NCBI GenBank assembly: GCA_964016885.1
Contig: OZ024757.1
Location: 14,632,001 to 14,696,000 of the forward strand
DNA length: 64,000 bases
Origin: Eledone cirrhosa
Taxonomy: Eukaryota
Direction of reading: 5' to 3'
The notes below the pieces were generated by a model that did not search any database, was not told the origin of the DNA, and was given only the letters and a program-made list of their open reading frames with translations. The translations under genes and the position numbers were made by a program. Every line of letters starts with the position of its first letter. Position 1 is the first letter of the stretch. Positions 14,180-27,719 of this stretch are shown here, one piece after another.

Positions 14180-14372
14180 GTGGTGGTGGTGGTGGTGGTG
14201 GTGGTGTGGTGGTGGTGGTGTTGGTGTTGTGGTGGTGGTGGTGGTGGTGTGGTGGTGGTGGTAGTGGTGTTGGTGTGGTGGTGGTGGTGGCGGTGGCGGT
14301 CGTGATGGTGTGGTGTTTTGGTGGTGGTGGTGTTGGTGTGGTGGTGGTGGTGTGGTGGTGGTGGTGTGGTGG

Positions 14373-14405
<33 letters not shown>

Positions 14406-17330
14406 GGTGGTGGTGGTGTTGTTGTTGTTGTTGTTGTGGTGGTGGTGGTGGTGGTGGTGGTGGTGGTGGTGGTGGTGTTGGTGTTGTGGTGGTGGTGGTG
14501 GTGGTGGTGGTGTTGTTGTTGTTGTGGTGGTGGTGGTGTTGTTGTTGTTGTTGTGGTGGTGGTGGTGGTGGTGGTGGTGGTGGTGTTGTTGTTGTTGTTG
14601 TTGTTGTGGTGGTGGTGGTGGTGGTGGTGTTGTTGTTGTGGTGGTGGTGGTGTTGTTGTTGTTGTTGTGGTGGTGGTGGTGGTGGTGGTGTTGTTGTTGT
14701 TGTTGTTGTGGTGGTGGTGGTGGTGGTGGTGGTGTTGTTGTTGTTGTGGTGGTGGTGGTGTTGGTGTTGGTGTTGTGGTGGTGGTGGTGGTGGTGTTGGT
14801 GTTGTGGTGGTGGTGGTGGTGTTGGTGTGGTGGTGGTGGTGTGGTGGTGTTGGTGTTGTGGTGGTGGTGGTGGTGGTGTTGTGGTGGTGGTGGTGGTGTG
14901 GTGGTGGTGGTGGTGGTGTTGGTGTGGTGGTGGTGGTGGTGTGGTGTGGTGGTGGTGTGGTGGTGGTGGTGTGGTGGTGGTGGTGGTGGTGTGGTGGTGG
15001 TGGTGGTGGTGTTGGTGGTGGTGGTGGTGTGGCGGTGGTGTGGTGGTGGTGTGGTGGTGTTATGGTGGTGGTGTTGGTGTGGTGGTGGTGGTGTTGTGGT
15101 GGTGGTGTGGTGGTGGTGGTGTTGTGGTGGTGGTGGTGGTGTGGTGGTGGTGCTGGTGTGGTGGTGGTGTTGGTGGTGGTGGTGGTGTGGTGGTGGTGTT
15201 ATGGTGGTGGTGGTGGTGGTGTGGTGGTGGTGGTGATGGTGGTGTTGTGGTGGTGGTGGTGATGGTGGTGTTGGTGCTGTTGTGGTGGTGGTGGTGTGGT
15301 GGTGGTGGTGGTGGTGGTGTGGTGGTGGTGTGGTAGTGTTATGGTGGTGGTGTGGTGGTGGCGTTGTGGTGGTGGTGGTGGTAGTGGTGGTGATGGTGTG
15401 GTGGTGGTGGTGATGTGTTGGTGTGTTGGTGTGGTGGTGGTGTTGTGGTGGTGGTGGTGGTGATGGTGTGGTGGTGGTAGTGGTGGTGGTGTGGTGGTGG
15501 TGGTGTTGTGGTGGTGGTGGTAGTGCGTTGGTGTGTTGGTGGTGGTGGTGGTGTGGTGGTGTTGTAGTGGTGGTGGTGTTGTGGTGGTGGTGGTGGTGGT
15601 GGCGGTGGTGGTGGTGGTGGTGTTGTGATGGTGTGGTGGTGGTGGTGGTGGTGTTGTGGTGGTGGTGGCGTTGTGGTGGTGGCGTTGTGGTGGTGGTGGT
15701 GGTAGTGGTGTTGGTGTGGTGGTGGTGGTGGCGGTGGTGGTGGTAATGGTGTGGTGGTGGTGGTGGTGTGGTGGTGGTGTGGTGGTGGTGTGGTGGTGGT
15801 GGTGGTGGTGGTGGTGTGGTGGTGGTGGTGTTGTGGTGGTGGTGGTGTTGTAGTGGTGGTGATGGTGTGGTGGTGGTGTGTTGGTGGTGGTGGTGTGGTG
15901 GTGGTGGTGGTGGTGGTTGTGGTGGTGGTGGTGTTGTGGTGGTGGTGGTGATGGTGGTAGTGGTGGTGGTGGTTGTGGTGATGGTGTGGTGGTGGTGGTG
16001 GTGGTGTAGGTATGGTGGTGGTGGTGTTGTGGTGGTGGTGGTGATGGTGTGGTGGTGGTGTGTTGGTGGTGGTGGTGTTGTGTTGGTGGTGGTGGTGGAG
16101 GTGGTGATGGTGTGGTGGTGGTGGTGGTGTTGTGGTGGTGATGGTTTGTTGTTGGCGTTGTAGTGGTGTTGTGGTGGTGGTGGTGTTGGTGTGGTGGTGG
16201 TGGTGGTGGTGGTGTTGTGGTGGTGGTGGTGATGGTGTGGTGGTGGTGGTGGTAGTGATGTTGGTGTGGTGGTGGTGGTGGCGGTGGTGGTGGTGATGGT
16301 GTGGTGGTGGTGATGGTGTGGTGGTGGTGTGTTGGTGGTGGTGGTGGTGGTGGTGGTGGTGGTGTTGTGGTGGTGGTGGTGATGGTGGTAGTGGTGGTGG
16401 TGGTTGTGGTGATGGCGTGGTGGTGGTGGTGGTGGTGTAGGTATGGTGGTGGTGGTGGAGGTGGTGTTGTGGTGGTGGTGGTGATGGTGTGGTGGTGGTG
16501 TGTTGGTGGTGGTGGTGTTGTGGTGGTGGTGTGTTGGTGGTGGTGGTGGAGGTGGTGATGGTGTGGTGGTGGTGGTGGTGTTGTGGTGGTGGTGGTGATG
16601 GTTTGTTGTTGGCGTTGTAGTGGTGTTGTGGTGGTGGTGGTGTTGGTGTGGTGGTGGTGGTGGTGGTGGTGTTGTGGTGGTGGTGGTGATGGTGTGGTGG
16701 TGGTGGTGGTGGTGTTGTGGTGGTGGTGGTGTTGTGGTGGTGGCGTTGTGGTGGTGGTGGTGGTGGTGTGGTGATGGCGTTGTGGTGGGGGCGTTGTGGT
16801 GGTGGTGGTGTGGTGGTGGTGGTGGTGGTGTTGTGGTGGTGGTGGTGGTGGTGGTGTGGTGGTGTTGCTGGTGATGGTTGTGTTGATGGTGGTGGTGGTG
16901 GTGGTGTTGTGGTGGTGTTGTTGTGGTGGTAGTGTTGTGGTGATGGTGTGGTGGTGGTGTTGTTGTTGTAGTGGTGGAGATGGTGGTGGTGTTGTGGCGT
17001 AGTGGTGGTGATGGTGGTGATGGTGCTGGTGATGGTGGTGTTGATGGTGGTGGTGGTGTTGATGGTGGTGGTGGTGGTGATGGTACTGGTGATGGTGGTG
17101 GTGGTGGTGGTGTTGTGGTGGTGGTGGTGTTGTGGTGATGGTGTGGTGGTGGTGTTGTGGCGTTCTGGTGGTGGAGATGGTGGTGGTGTTGTGGCGTTCT
17201 GGTGGTGGTGGTGGTGGTGCTCGTGATGGTGGTGTTGATGGTGGTGGTGATGATGGTGGTGCTCGTGATGGTGGTTTTGATGGTGGTGGTGGTGGTGGGT
17301 GGGTGGGGGTAGGATGGTGCTGGTGGTGGG
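14180..17330. repeat. ~3.1-kb (GGT)n/(GTT)n triplet tract
   Basis: Directly visible. Confidence 0.95.
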
Positions 17331-19040
17331 AGCGGCGCGGGAGATCTAGTTCTTAGGACATCATTCTAAGGGACGGATAACTCTGTGACTCAATGACATC
17401 CATTGTTCTGACCTGTTGTTCTTTTTTTGGATATCTCTCACCGCTTTTCAAAGAGTGTGCTTAGTCCAGTGCAAGACCTTTCTTCACTAAACAAAGCTTC
17501 AATCACAGACATCACTTGATCTAAACGACTTTCACATGTGTGATATGTGAGCATGGCTTTTTCTTTATTTCTTTCGTTACAGCATATGCAGAAAGGAATC
17601 AAAGTCCTTGTAGGGCTAACAGATCGTGTTCGTGTTTGAGTAAAAGGGTCAAAAGATGTCAAATTTTCGAAACTGTGAAGCTGCCATTTATGTATGTATG
17701 TTTCTCTTTCTCTTAATTTCGAGTACATTTTTGACCGGCCACCTTCCTGGTGGCAAGTGGTGATGGTGGTGATGGTGGTGGTGGTGGTAGTGATGGTGAT
17801 GGTGGTTGTGGTAGTGGTGTTGGTGGTGCTGATGGTGTTATGGTGGTAGCGTTGTGGTGGTGACGTTGTGGTGGTGGTGGTGTTGTGGGGGTGGTGGTGT
17901 TATGGTGGTGGCGTTATGGTTTTGGCGTTGTGGTGGTGGTGTTGTGGGGGTGGTGGTGTTATGGTGGTGGCTTTATGGTTTTGGCGTTGTGGTGGTGGTG
18001 TTGTGGGGGTGGTGGTGTTATGGTGGTGGCGTTGTGGTGGTGGTGGTGGTGTGGTGGTGGCGTTGTGGTGGTGGTGGTGCTGGCGGCGGTGGTGGTGTGG
18101 TGGTGGCGTTGTGGTGGTGGTGGCGTTGTGGTGGTGGTGTTGTGGTGGTGGTGGTGGTGGTGGCGGTGGTGTTATGGTGGTGGCGTTGTTGTTGTGGTGG
18201 TGGTGTTGTGGTGGTGGTGTTGTGGTGGTGGTGGTGTTGTTATCGTGGTGGTGGTGTTGTGGTGGTGGTGTTGTGGTGGTGGTGGTGGTGGTGGTGGTGT
18301 TGTGGTGGTGGTGTTGTGGTGGTGGTGTTGTGGTGGTGGTGTTGTGGTGGTGTTGTGGTGGTGTTGTGGTGGTGGTGTTGTGGTGGTGTTGTTGTTGTGG
18401 TGGTGGTGTTGTGGCGTTCTGGTGGTGGAGATGGTGGTGGTGTTGTGGCGTTCTGGTGGTGGTGGTGGTGGTGCTCGTGATGGTGGTGTTGATGGTGGTG
18501 GTGATGATGGTGGTGCTCGTGATGGTGGTTTTGATGGTGGTGGTGGTGGTGGGTGGGTGGGGGTAGGATGGTGCTGGTGGTGGGAGCGGCGCGGGAGATC
18601 TAGTTCTTAGGACATCATTCTAAGGGACGGATAACTCTGTGACTCAATGACATCCATTGTTCTGACCTGTTGTTCTTTTTTTGGATATCTCTCACCGCTT
18701 TTCAAAGAGTGTGCTTAGTCCAGTGCAAGACCTTTCTTCACTAAACAAAGCTTCAATCACAGACATCACTTGATCTAAACGACTTTCACATGTGTGATAT
18801 GTGAGCATGGCTTTTTCTTTATTTCTTTCGTTACAGCATATGCAGAAAGGAATCAAAGTCCTTGTAGGGCTAACAGATCGTGTTCGTGTTTGAGTAAAAG
18901 GGTCAAAAGATGTCAAATTTTCGAAACTGTGAAGCTGCCATTTATGTATGTATGTTTCTCTTTCTCTTAATTTCGAGTACATTTTTGACCGGCCACCTTC
19001 CTGGTGGCAAGTGGTGATGGTGGTGATGGTGGTGGTGGTG
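17130..19040. repeat. Near-identical ~650-bp direct duplication (offset 1254 bp) embedded in (GGT)n
   Basis: gagatctagttc at 17341 and 18595; the ~430-bp unique cores look identical. Confidence 0.9.
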
Positions 19041-19620
19041 GTGGTAGTGGTGATGGTGGTGGTGGTGGTGGTGATGGTGATGGTGGTGGTAATGGTGGTG
19101 GTGGTGCTGGTAGTGTTGGTGGTGATGGTGGTGGTCGTAGTGGTGGTGGTGGTGTTCGTGGTGGTGGTGGTGGTGGTGTTGTTGTTGTTGGTGATGGTGG
19201 TGGTCGTAGTGGTGGTGGTGGTGGTGGTGGTGGTGGTGGTGGTGGTGGTGGTGTTCGTGGTGGTGTTGGTGGTGGTGTAGTTGTTGTTGTTGGTGATGGT
19301 GGTGATGGTGGTGGTTTTTGGTGGTGGTGTTGTTGTTTTTGTTGTAGTTGTTGTTGTTGGTGGTGGTGGTGGTGGCAAGGTTGTAAAAGAAAAGAAATTG
19401 TCATCCCTTGAATCGCAAGAATGTTTTGCAAATGTCGAAGGTGCCAGCTATCGCAGCCATTTGTAGATTATGAATTAGGGAGCTGCGCTCTTTGTCCGCA
19501 AATCCAAGTTCAGTCATACTTTGGTCCAAGCTGGTTGGTATAACCCGTAGCTCCAATAATGATGAGTGTGAAGCTGAAGGTGTATCTTGGATACTGGATC
19601 TGCAAACTCCTCATCAACGT
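18943..19620 (-). mobile_element. 5'-truncated RLE-type (R4/Dong-like) non-LTR retrotransposon; 3' UTR split by a (GGT)n tract
   Basis: Minus strand LMRSLQIQYPRYTFSFTLIIIGATGY/[frameshift]IPTSLDQSMTELGFADKERSSLIHNLQMAAIAGTFDICKTFLRFKG*; resembles the C-terminus following the RLE core; ends in gagaaacatacatacata. Confidence 0.6.
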
Positions 19621-20073
19621 ATGTATGTATGTATGTATGTATGTGTGTATGTATGTGTGCATGTATGTATGTATGTGTGCATGTATGTATGTATGCATGT
19701 ATGTATGTATGTATGTATGTATGTATGTATGTATGTATGTATGTATGTATGTATGTATGTATGTATGTATGTATGTGTGTGTGTATGTATGTATGTATGT
19801 ATGTATGTATGTGTGTATGTATGTATGTATGTATGTATGTATGTATGTATGTATGTATGTATGTATGTATGTATGTATGTGTGTATGTATGTGTGTATGT
19901 ATGTATGTATGTATGTGTGTATGTATGTATGTATGTATGTATGTATGTATGTATGTATGTATGTATGTGTGTATGTGTGTATGTATGTATGTATGTATGT
20001 ATGTATGTGTGTGTGTATGTATGTATGTATGTATGTATGTATGTATGTATGTATGTATGTATGTATGTATGTA
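19620..20073. repeat. (TATG)n microsatellite
   Basis: Directly visible. Confidence 0.95.
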
Positions 20074-20742
20074 TCCCAGTACAACCTGTCCCATGGTCGG
20101 GTCGTTGGCAACTAAACTGGCAACCCCACCAAGGTTTCTTGGTGAGGAGGGTGACTTTGGACATCCTGCAGGACTAAAAACAAAACCTGTCAAAAGGGCA
20201 AAGGAGCTCTTAAGAGTCAATGGCCATCCAAAATCACCGGGAGAGATGAACCCTTAGCCTTTGTCAAGGCAGAATTCTAGGAGAAGGAAAACTCTGATAT
20301 AACACCTGCAACCCTGATGGTATCCAATGATGTTGACTTGTTCTTCTTTTTGGTAAATATCATCTTGGTTAAGAGAGTGGGACTGGCTTTGTGCAGTGCC
20401 TTGGCTCACTATAAAAGCTTCACGGCACAGGCATTGCTTTATATCTGGAGATCTCTCTGCACTTGTCATCACATAGTACCATGGGCCCAGCACTATGTGT
20501 CAATAATTGTCACAAGTGTAGTGTTTGTACCAGAGTTTTCAAGTCGCTGGCTGGACTAAAAAGTCACACTCGTTCAACGCATCGGTAGGGGTTCTCCTAC
20601 ATGGATATAAAGTAGTGGCCGTACTCGAAAACGAGTTGGCAGCCACCATGTATGTATGTATGTATGTATGTATGTATGTATGTATGTATGTATGTATGTA
20701 TGTATGTATGTATGTATGTATGTATGTATGTATGTATGTATG
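20074..20742 (+). mobile_element. Internally deleted (non-autonomous) RTE element: 5' UTR joined to C-terminal zinc finger, 3' UTR and (TATG)n tail
   Basis: 20508-20588 encodes CHKCSVCTRVFKSLAGLKSHTRSTHR* (C2H2); short UTR then (TATG)n; upstream part resembles RTE 5' UTRs and has no RT. Confidence 0.55.
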
Positions 20743-20799
20743 CATGCATTATGTGTGGATCTATAACTCCTAGTGAAGTCTTAAGGGTGGCGAGAGAGA

Positions 20800-20889
<90 letters not shown>

Positions 20890-20894
20890 GAACC

Positions 20895-21056
20895 AGCCCT
20901 AGTACTGGACTGGTACCTTTTTTATCGACCATGAAGGGATAAAAGGCAAAGGTGACAGGTGACTTCGGTAGGATTCGAACTCAGAACGTAGAGAAGCAGA
21001 ACGAATACCGCAAAACATTTTATCCGTCGTTCCAACAGTTCTACTAATTCGTCGTT
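20895..21056 (-). mobile_element. Diverged S1-related SINE
   Basis: ctggtaccttttttatcgacc...aaaggcaaagg...ttcgaactcagaacgta. Confidence 0.6.
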
Positions 21057-21078
21057 GACGAAATCATTAATTGAGGAA

Positions 21079-21555
21079 CTATGGACATGTGGTTAGAATG
21101 TCTCAGGAAAGCATGTGTAGCTCAGAGATCAGTGAGTTACTCCAGGTGGAAATGCTACTTCCCTGAATTGAGAGATCACAGCTCTGATACTATGGCTATG
21201 TGGTTAGAATGTCTCAGGAAAGCATGTGTAGCTCAGAGATCAGTGAGTTACACCAGGTGGAAATGCTACTTCCCTGAATTGAGAGATCACAGCTCTGATA
21301 CTATGGCTATGTGGTTAGAATGTCTCAGGAAAGCATGTGTAGCTCAGAGATCAGTGAGTTACTCCAGGTGGAAATGCTACTTCCCTGAATTGAGAGATCA
21401 CAGCTCTGATACTATGGCTATGTGGTTAGAATGTCTCAGGAAAGCATGTGTAGCTCAGAGATCAGTGAGTTACACCAGGTGGAAATGCTACTTCCCTGAA
21501 TTGAGAGATCACAGCTCTGATACTATGGCTATGTGGTTAGAATGTCTCAGGAAAG
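21079..21555 (+). repeat. 111-bp minisatellite (about 4.3 copies) derived from an RTE LINE coding segment
   Basis: Period 111 (21087 to 21198); unit homologous to the 26600-27480 array, which reads LQVELLLLRIERSQLRYYGHVVRM. Confidence 0.8.
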
Positions 21556-21607
21556 AATCACTGGACAGATTTTCTAATTATGGATTATTTCGATCATATA
21601 ATCGGGC

Positions 21608-21736
<129 letters not shown>

Positions 21737-21824
21737 TATACAGGGTGTACCCATAAACGTATACATACTTTCATTAGATTACTGTTGAAGTGTGTATACA
21801 TTTCCTGGGGACCCTTTGTGTGTC

Positions 21825-21856
<32 letters not shown>

Positions 21857-22416
21857 AATGCACAAATGAATATATGTGCATATGTGAATATGTGTGTGTA
21901 TGTGTGTGAAACCCAACAACCACAACGCTGCACCAGGTAGTTGTAGAGGTAGGGGTGGGGGACTAAAAGTCGATGAAAAGAACCCCATAAAGAATAGTTA
22001 ACAAGTAACACAAAACAAAACAAAAAAAACTCCAAACAACAACAACAACAAAACAATAAAAACATCCATAAAAACATAAAAACAAAAAAAAAGGAAAAAA
22101 ACCTCAATAAACAATAAAAACATCCCTAAAATATATATACAAACAACAACAAAAAAAAAATCAACAAAGAAAAACGGACAAGAAAAAGGCATGGCGGCGA
22201 TAGTTAAAATAATACGTGCTTGAGTGGTTAGTTGGTGATTAACTTACATTTTATGGCTGAAGAATATATTACTCAGAAACGAAGTCTGCACATAAAACAA
22301 TGGTTAAACTAATGTTAACATACATCAGGTAACTTGAAGGTACATAGCTTAGATGTTAGAGTGGCTAGACAGGCAATTGTGAGGTTATGAGTTGAGTTTC
22401 ACTCTCGGATCATTAT

Positions 22417-22483
<67 letters not shown>

Positions 22484-22736
22484 AAAAAGTATGACCCCGA
22501 CGGCAGAGCTCAAGCCGTTTCGACGGCTATTTCTGGTCCAGAAATAGCGGTCGAAACGGCTTGAGCTCTGCCGTCGGGATCATACTTTTTCCTATTTCCC
22601 ACTCTACTACTCTAAGTAATGAGTACTTTGGTGCGTTATGGTCCATCTGGTTCCTTACCACAATTCCTTTGTTATATATATATATATATATATATACAAC
22701 TGGCGGAGTTTAGTGTCACAAGAAGAACCAAGTGAT

Positions 22737-22909
22737 ATACCGTATATCCCGGCATTGAAGACGCTACTTTTTCCCTAAAATAAGTCTCAAAAATCTATCA
22801 TGCTTCTGGAAGCCGAAGGTTGTTTATTATTTTTTTTTCAAATTTTTGCTGGTCAAGATTAGGGTGAGTCCTTAAGGACGAAGCGTTTTCGGCGCCAGGA
22901 AATATGGTA
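22737..22909. mobile_element. pogo/Tc2-type MITE
   Basis: TACCGTATATCCCGGC...GCCAGGAAATATGGTA imperfect TIRs, TA flanks. Confidence 0.5.
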
Positions 22910-24019
22910 TATATTTCTTGATGATAACATATGTGTCATCTTCTCTCATATTCCAAGCTATCTCAATAATTCTTGAAATGTCTGCTTTACATGTCATAAT
23001 TTCGGGTTCCATATACCAGAGACATATTCCATAAATGAACATATATATTACATATACTACAGATATATTCCTTATACCCAAAATATATTCTATTATCCCA
23101 GGTGTATTCCATATATTCCATGTGTACCCCAGTTATGTTCTATATATCTCAGGTATGTGCTTCAGCAAGACACTTTTTTTCCACGTTGCTCCAGGTCACT
23201 CAGCTGGAAACAAAATGAATTGTGGCATCATTTGTGCCAAACTGTATCAGACTTTCTTTCCCTGTTGGCTTATATGTCAGCAGGCCTTTGAGGAATCAAC
23301 CCCAGTAGACCGTCCATGGCATATCACAGAATGGAAACGATATGAGTGATTATTATTCATTTTATTTTTATTTTTATTTTTATTCATCTATGTAATTGTC
23401 TATTCACGTAATAGCTGTCTGATCAAGTCGTAACTGTTACATAAAAGTTACCATTGAAATACGTATAACTGTGATTAGCTGTCTGATGAAGTCGTAACGC
23501 TATGACCATAAGTACCCATTCAGAGTTATAGTTACTATAGTGAACTATCGGTAAGTACATATCCACCTAGCTTATATAAGAAATGATGGTGTGATATAAT
23601 GATTGACCTAGTAATTATTATCTTAATTGATCTAGGGGTATTGCTACCCGTGACTGTTTACACGAACACAAGTAAGCATAACCAAAATGAATCATTTCCT
23701 AAGAATTACACTTCGCCACTAAAATTAAGAACAATAGTTCACGTAGGTGTTGTAGGTTAATATAATGAGTAACAGATGGTATTTATAATAGTGTTGTGAC
23801 CTTATTTATGATTTCTAGGTGAAGTATCCAACGGAGAGTGTATTTTGATACATACATCAAAACTCAATAGTGTAGAAAAATTAATTTCCATATCGCTACA
23901 TTTGTGCTCAGGAAAATATATTGATCTCATAAATGTTGATTTGATGTCTGTGAAGAACTAGCGCCGTCTTTTACATAGGGTCGATCAATCTCTATACAAA
24001 CATATATAATATGTATTGC

Positions 24020-25060
24020 GGTCGAGCCTGTAGCAGTGGAGAGTTCTGGCGTCCTAGGACAACCTCCCTATTCATCCCCGTCGACACTCCTGTAGCAATG
24101 GGGACTCCTGGTGTCCTTGGCCCTAGGACCACCCCCCTACTCACCACCATAGGCACCCCGTAGCAGTGGCGAATTCTGGTGTCCTTGGCCTTAGGACCAC
24201 CTCCCTAATCACCACCATCGGCTTCTGGTGTCCTTGGCCCAAGGACCACCTTCCTACTCACCACCATAGGCACCCCGTAGCAGTGGAGAATTCTGGTGTC
24301 CTTGGCCTTAGGACCACCTCCCTAATCACAACCATCGGCTTCTGGTGTCCTTGGCCCAAGGACCACCTTCCTACTCACCACCATAGGCACCCCGTAGCAG
24401 TGGAGAATTCTGGTGTCCTTGGCCTTAGGACCACCTCCCTATTCACCACCATAGACACCCCCGTAGCAGTGGAGAATTCTGGTGTCCTTTGCCTTAGGAC
24501 CACCTCCCTAATCACCACCATCGGCTTCTGGTGTCCTTGGCCCTAGGACCACCTCCCTATTCACCACCATAGACACCCCCGTAGCAGTGGAGAATTCTGG
24601 TGTCCTTTGCCTTAGGACCACCTCCCTAATCACCACCATCGGCTTCTGGTGTCCTTGGCCCTAGGACCACCTCCCTACTCACCAACATAGGCACCCCGTA
24701 GCAGTAGAGAATTCTGGTGTCCTTGGCCTTATGACCACCTCCCTACTCACCACCATTAGCACCCCGTAGCAGTGGAGACTCCTGGTGTCCTTGGCTCTAG
24801 GACCACCTCCCTACTCACCACCATCAGCACCCCGTAGCAGTGGAGAATTCTGGTGTCCTTGGGCTTAGGACCAACTCCCTCGGCACCCCGTAGCAGCGGA
24901 GACTTCTGGTGTCCTTGGCCCTAGGAGCACCTCCCTACTCACCACTATTGAGTTGGCTATCCGCAGGTGTGAGTGAGCATTACAAGCTGGAATGGTTGTT
25001 CTTCCAACGCGTCTCCGTCGCCATCCTCCGGGGAAACTCATTCTCTATTCTGTCACCCCA
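24020..25060 (+). mobile_element. CRE-like (RLE) non-LTR 3' fragment with a tandemly amplified internal segment
   Basis: EPVAVE(T/N)SGVLG(P/L)RTTSLLTTI repeated (63- and 120-bp periods), then ...WLSAGVSEHYKLEWLFFQRVSVAILRGNSFSILS, typical of CRE-clade C-termini. Confidence 0.65.
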
Positions 25061-25701
25061 GAACGTTCTTCCCTCCCATTTTGCTTATAATAGTGAGAGA
25101 TGGGAAGAGAAAAAGAAAGACAGGCAGGCAGTGAGTGATAGGAAAAGAACATCAACACTTATTTACTTATTTATTTGCATTCATCTGTAATACACGGAGC
25201 AGTTTGATACAACAACGAAGTTCAGACGACATTTTAAACCTATGCCCTGCCGACTCTGATAATTTCCCGTCTACGTGATGATAAATAACTCATTATAAAC
25301 ATGAATCGTTCAACAAAGAATACACATTACATCCTGCTAAAGTTCAAAAACGGTAAAGAGTGTGTATACAGTTACCTCCCTTACATGTGTAATGTTGTTT
25401 ATATTCCAACAATACCGCAATGCACCAAGAAACAACTTCATTGTCCACTTCTATTATAAATTATTCCATTCGCATCTACGATGCACTGAGTATGTGTGTA
25501 TGTGTGAGAGTGTGTGTGTGTATGTGTGAGAATGTGTGTACGTGTGAGAGAATGTGTATATGTGTGTGAAAGTGTGTACGTGTGAGAGAGTGAGTATGTG
25601 TGAGAGAGTGTGTGTATGTGTGAGAGAGTGTGTATATGTGTGAGAGAGTGTGTATATGTGTGAGAGAGTGTGTATGTGTGAGAGAGTGTGTATGTGAGAG
25701 A

Positions 25702-25776
<75 letters not shown>

Positions 25777-25803
25777 CCTCAATCTATCTTATTTCTCATT
25801 CTT

Positions 25804-25839
25804 TCTTCTGATGAAGGACTAGCGTCCGAAACGTTAAGA
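25804..25839 (+). ncRNA. Minimal type I hammerhead ribozyme motif
   Basis: tctt-CTGATGA-a-GGAC(tagc)GTCC-GAAA-CG-TT-aaga; stem I tctt/aaga, palindromic stem III. Confidence 0.6.
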
Positions 25840-25947
25840 CCCACTTCCTACTATTTCAAGTGTTACCTAATATATTCCTTCCATCATATATCATATGTAT
25901 GTATATATATATATATCATATGTATGTATATATATATATATCATATG

Positions 25948-25986
<39 letters not shown>

Positions 25987-26321
25987 AAACAAACAAAAAC
26001 AAAAGAAAAGTACTCAATAGATATAGTCAAGTGTATTTATTCCCTACGTTGTCCTGGGTAGCGACGGAGTATTTCATTAGCTTCGATCGAATGTTGATAG
26101 TGAGAGAGTTGCCAATAAACATCTGCCTGTCTGTGTGTGTCTGTATATATATATATATATTTATATATAGTTACACAATAACGATAATAAACCTTGTTTC
26201 AGGCTACCGCTGGTTTCAAACTAGAACAGATTAATTTATTGGAAGACAATATATCCCTACGCTTGTCTGTTAAGCTCCAGGGCATTCACGATTTCAGAAA
26301 TAAAGTGTAGCATCATCTTAA

Positions 26322-26393
<72 letters not shown>

Positions 26394-26599
26394 CGTGTGA
26401 TATATGTTAGTAGATGTACATAGAAATACACAAAAATTACAAAAAGAAAACAAATATGTTGCATTTACTTACGCCATCATCAAGTCTCATCTGATCCAAT
26501 TTCTTCGGAAGCTACAGAAACGAAAGATACACACATTAATAGTCATTTTATTATTTTATTAAAGACAAAAAAACATTAAGGGAAGTGGATGACGAAATT

Positions 26600-27480
26600 T
26601 TAATTGAGAGATCACAGCTCTGATGCTATGGGCATGTGGTTAGAATGTCTCAGGGAAAATCACTAGACCAGATGTGTAGCTCAGAGATCAGAAAGTCACA
26701 CCAGATAGAGCTGCTACTTCTCTGAATTGAGATATCACAGCTCTGATGCTATGGGTATGTGGATAGAATGTCACAGGAAAGACTGTGTAGCTTGGAGATC
26801 AGAATGTCACCCCAGGTAGAGCTGCTACTTCTCCGAATTGAGAGATCACAGTTGTGCTACTATGGACATGTGGTTAGAATGTCTCAGGAAAGAATGTGTA
26901 GCTGAGAGATCAGAGAGTCACTCTAGGTAGAGCTGCTACTTCTCTGAATTAAGAGATCACAGCTCTGATACTATGGACATGTGGTTAGAATGTCTAGGGA
27001 AAGAATCGCTGGTGTCACTCCAGGTTGAGTTGCTACTTCTTCGAATTGAGAGATCACAGCTCCGATATTATGGGCATGTGGTTAGAATGTCTAGGGAAAG
27101 AATCGCTGGTGTCACTCCAGGTTGAGTTGCTACTTCTTCGAATTGAGAGATCACAGCTCCGATATTATGGGCATGTGGTTAGAATGTCTTATGAAAAAAT
27201 CGCTAGACCAGATGTATAGTTCAGAGATCAGAAAGTCACCCCAGGTAGAGCTGCTACTTCTCTGAATTGAGAGATACAGCTCTGATACTATGGGTATGTG
27301 GTTAGAATGTCTCAGGGAAAAATCGCTAGACAGATGTATAGCTGAGAGAGCAGAAAATCACTCCAGGTAGAGCTACTACTTTTCCGAATTGAGAGATCAC
27401 AGCTCTGATACTATGGCTATGTGGTTAGAATGTCTCAGGAAAGAATGTGTAGCTCTGAGATCAGAAAGTCACGTTAGGTA
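26600..27480 (+). repeat. Diverged RTE-derived tandem array (units ~96-125 bp, about 8 copies)
   Basis: Recurring gaattgagagatcacagctctgat...atgtggttagaatgtct; ORF 27025-27219 contains the RTE motif RYYGHVVRM. Confidence 0.8.
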
Positions 27481-27719
27481 GAGATTTTACATAATGAAAG
27501 CTATACCTCATTTTCACAAGAGAAGATATTTCTCACCTACCCCAAATTGGGTGTGAGATCTCCCCGTCGGATGGGGAGAGATCACAGGTCTGATACTGTA
27601 AAATAATCCATCCGTTATTCTAACAACACAGCCAAGTCGCCATTTAATATCATACTACTACTTTTACTATACGATATTGTTGTTGCTTCCACGAATGACA
27701 TCATAGGAAGCAAAACATG

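Noticed and set aside
17438-17728. 96-aa ORF, duplicated at 18692-18982
   Set aside because: It starts inside a retroelement 3' UTR and has no recognisable domain; a faint resemblance of the adjacent sequence to a mariner HTH is too weak to call
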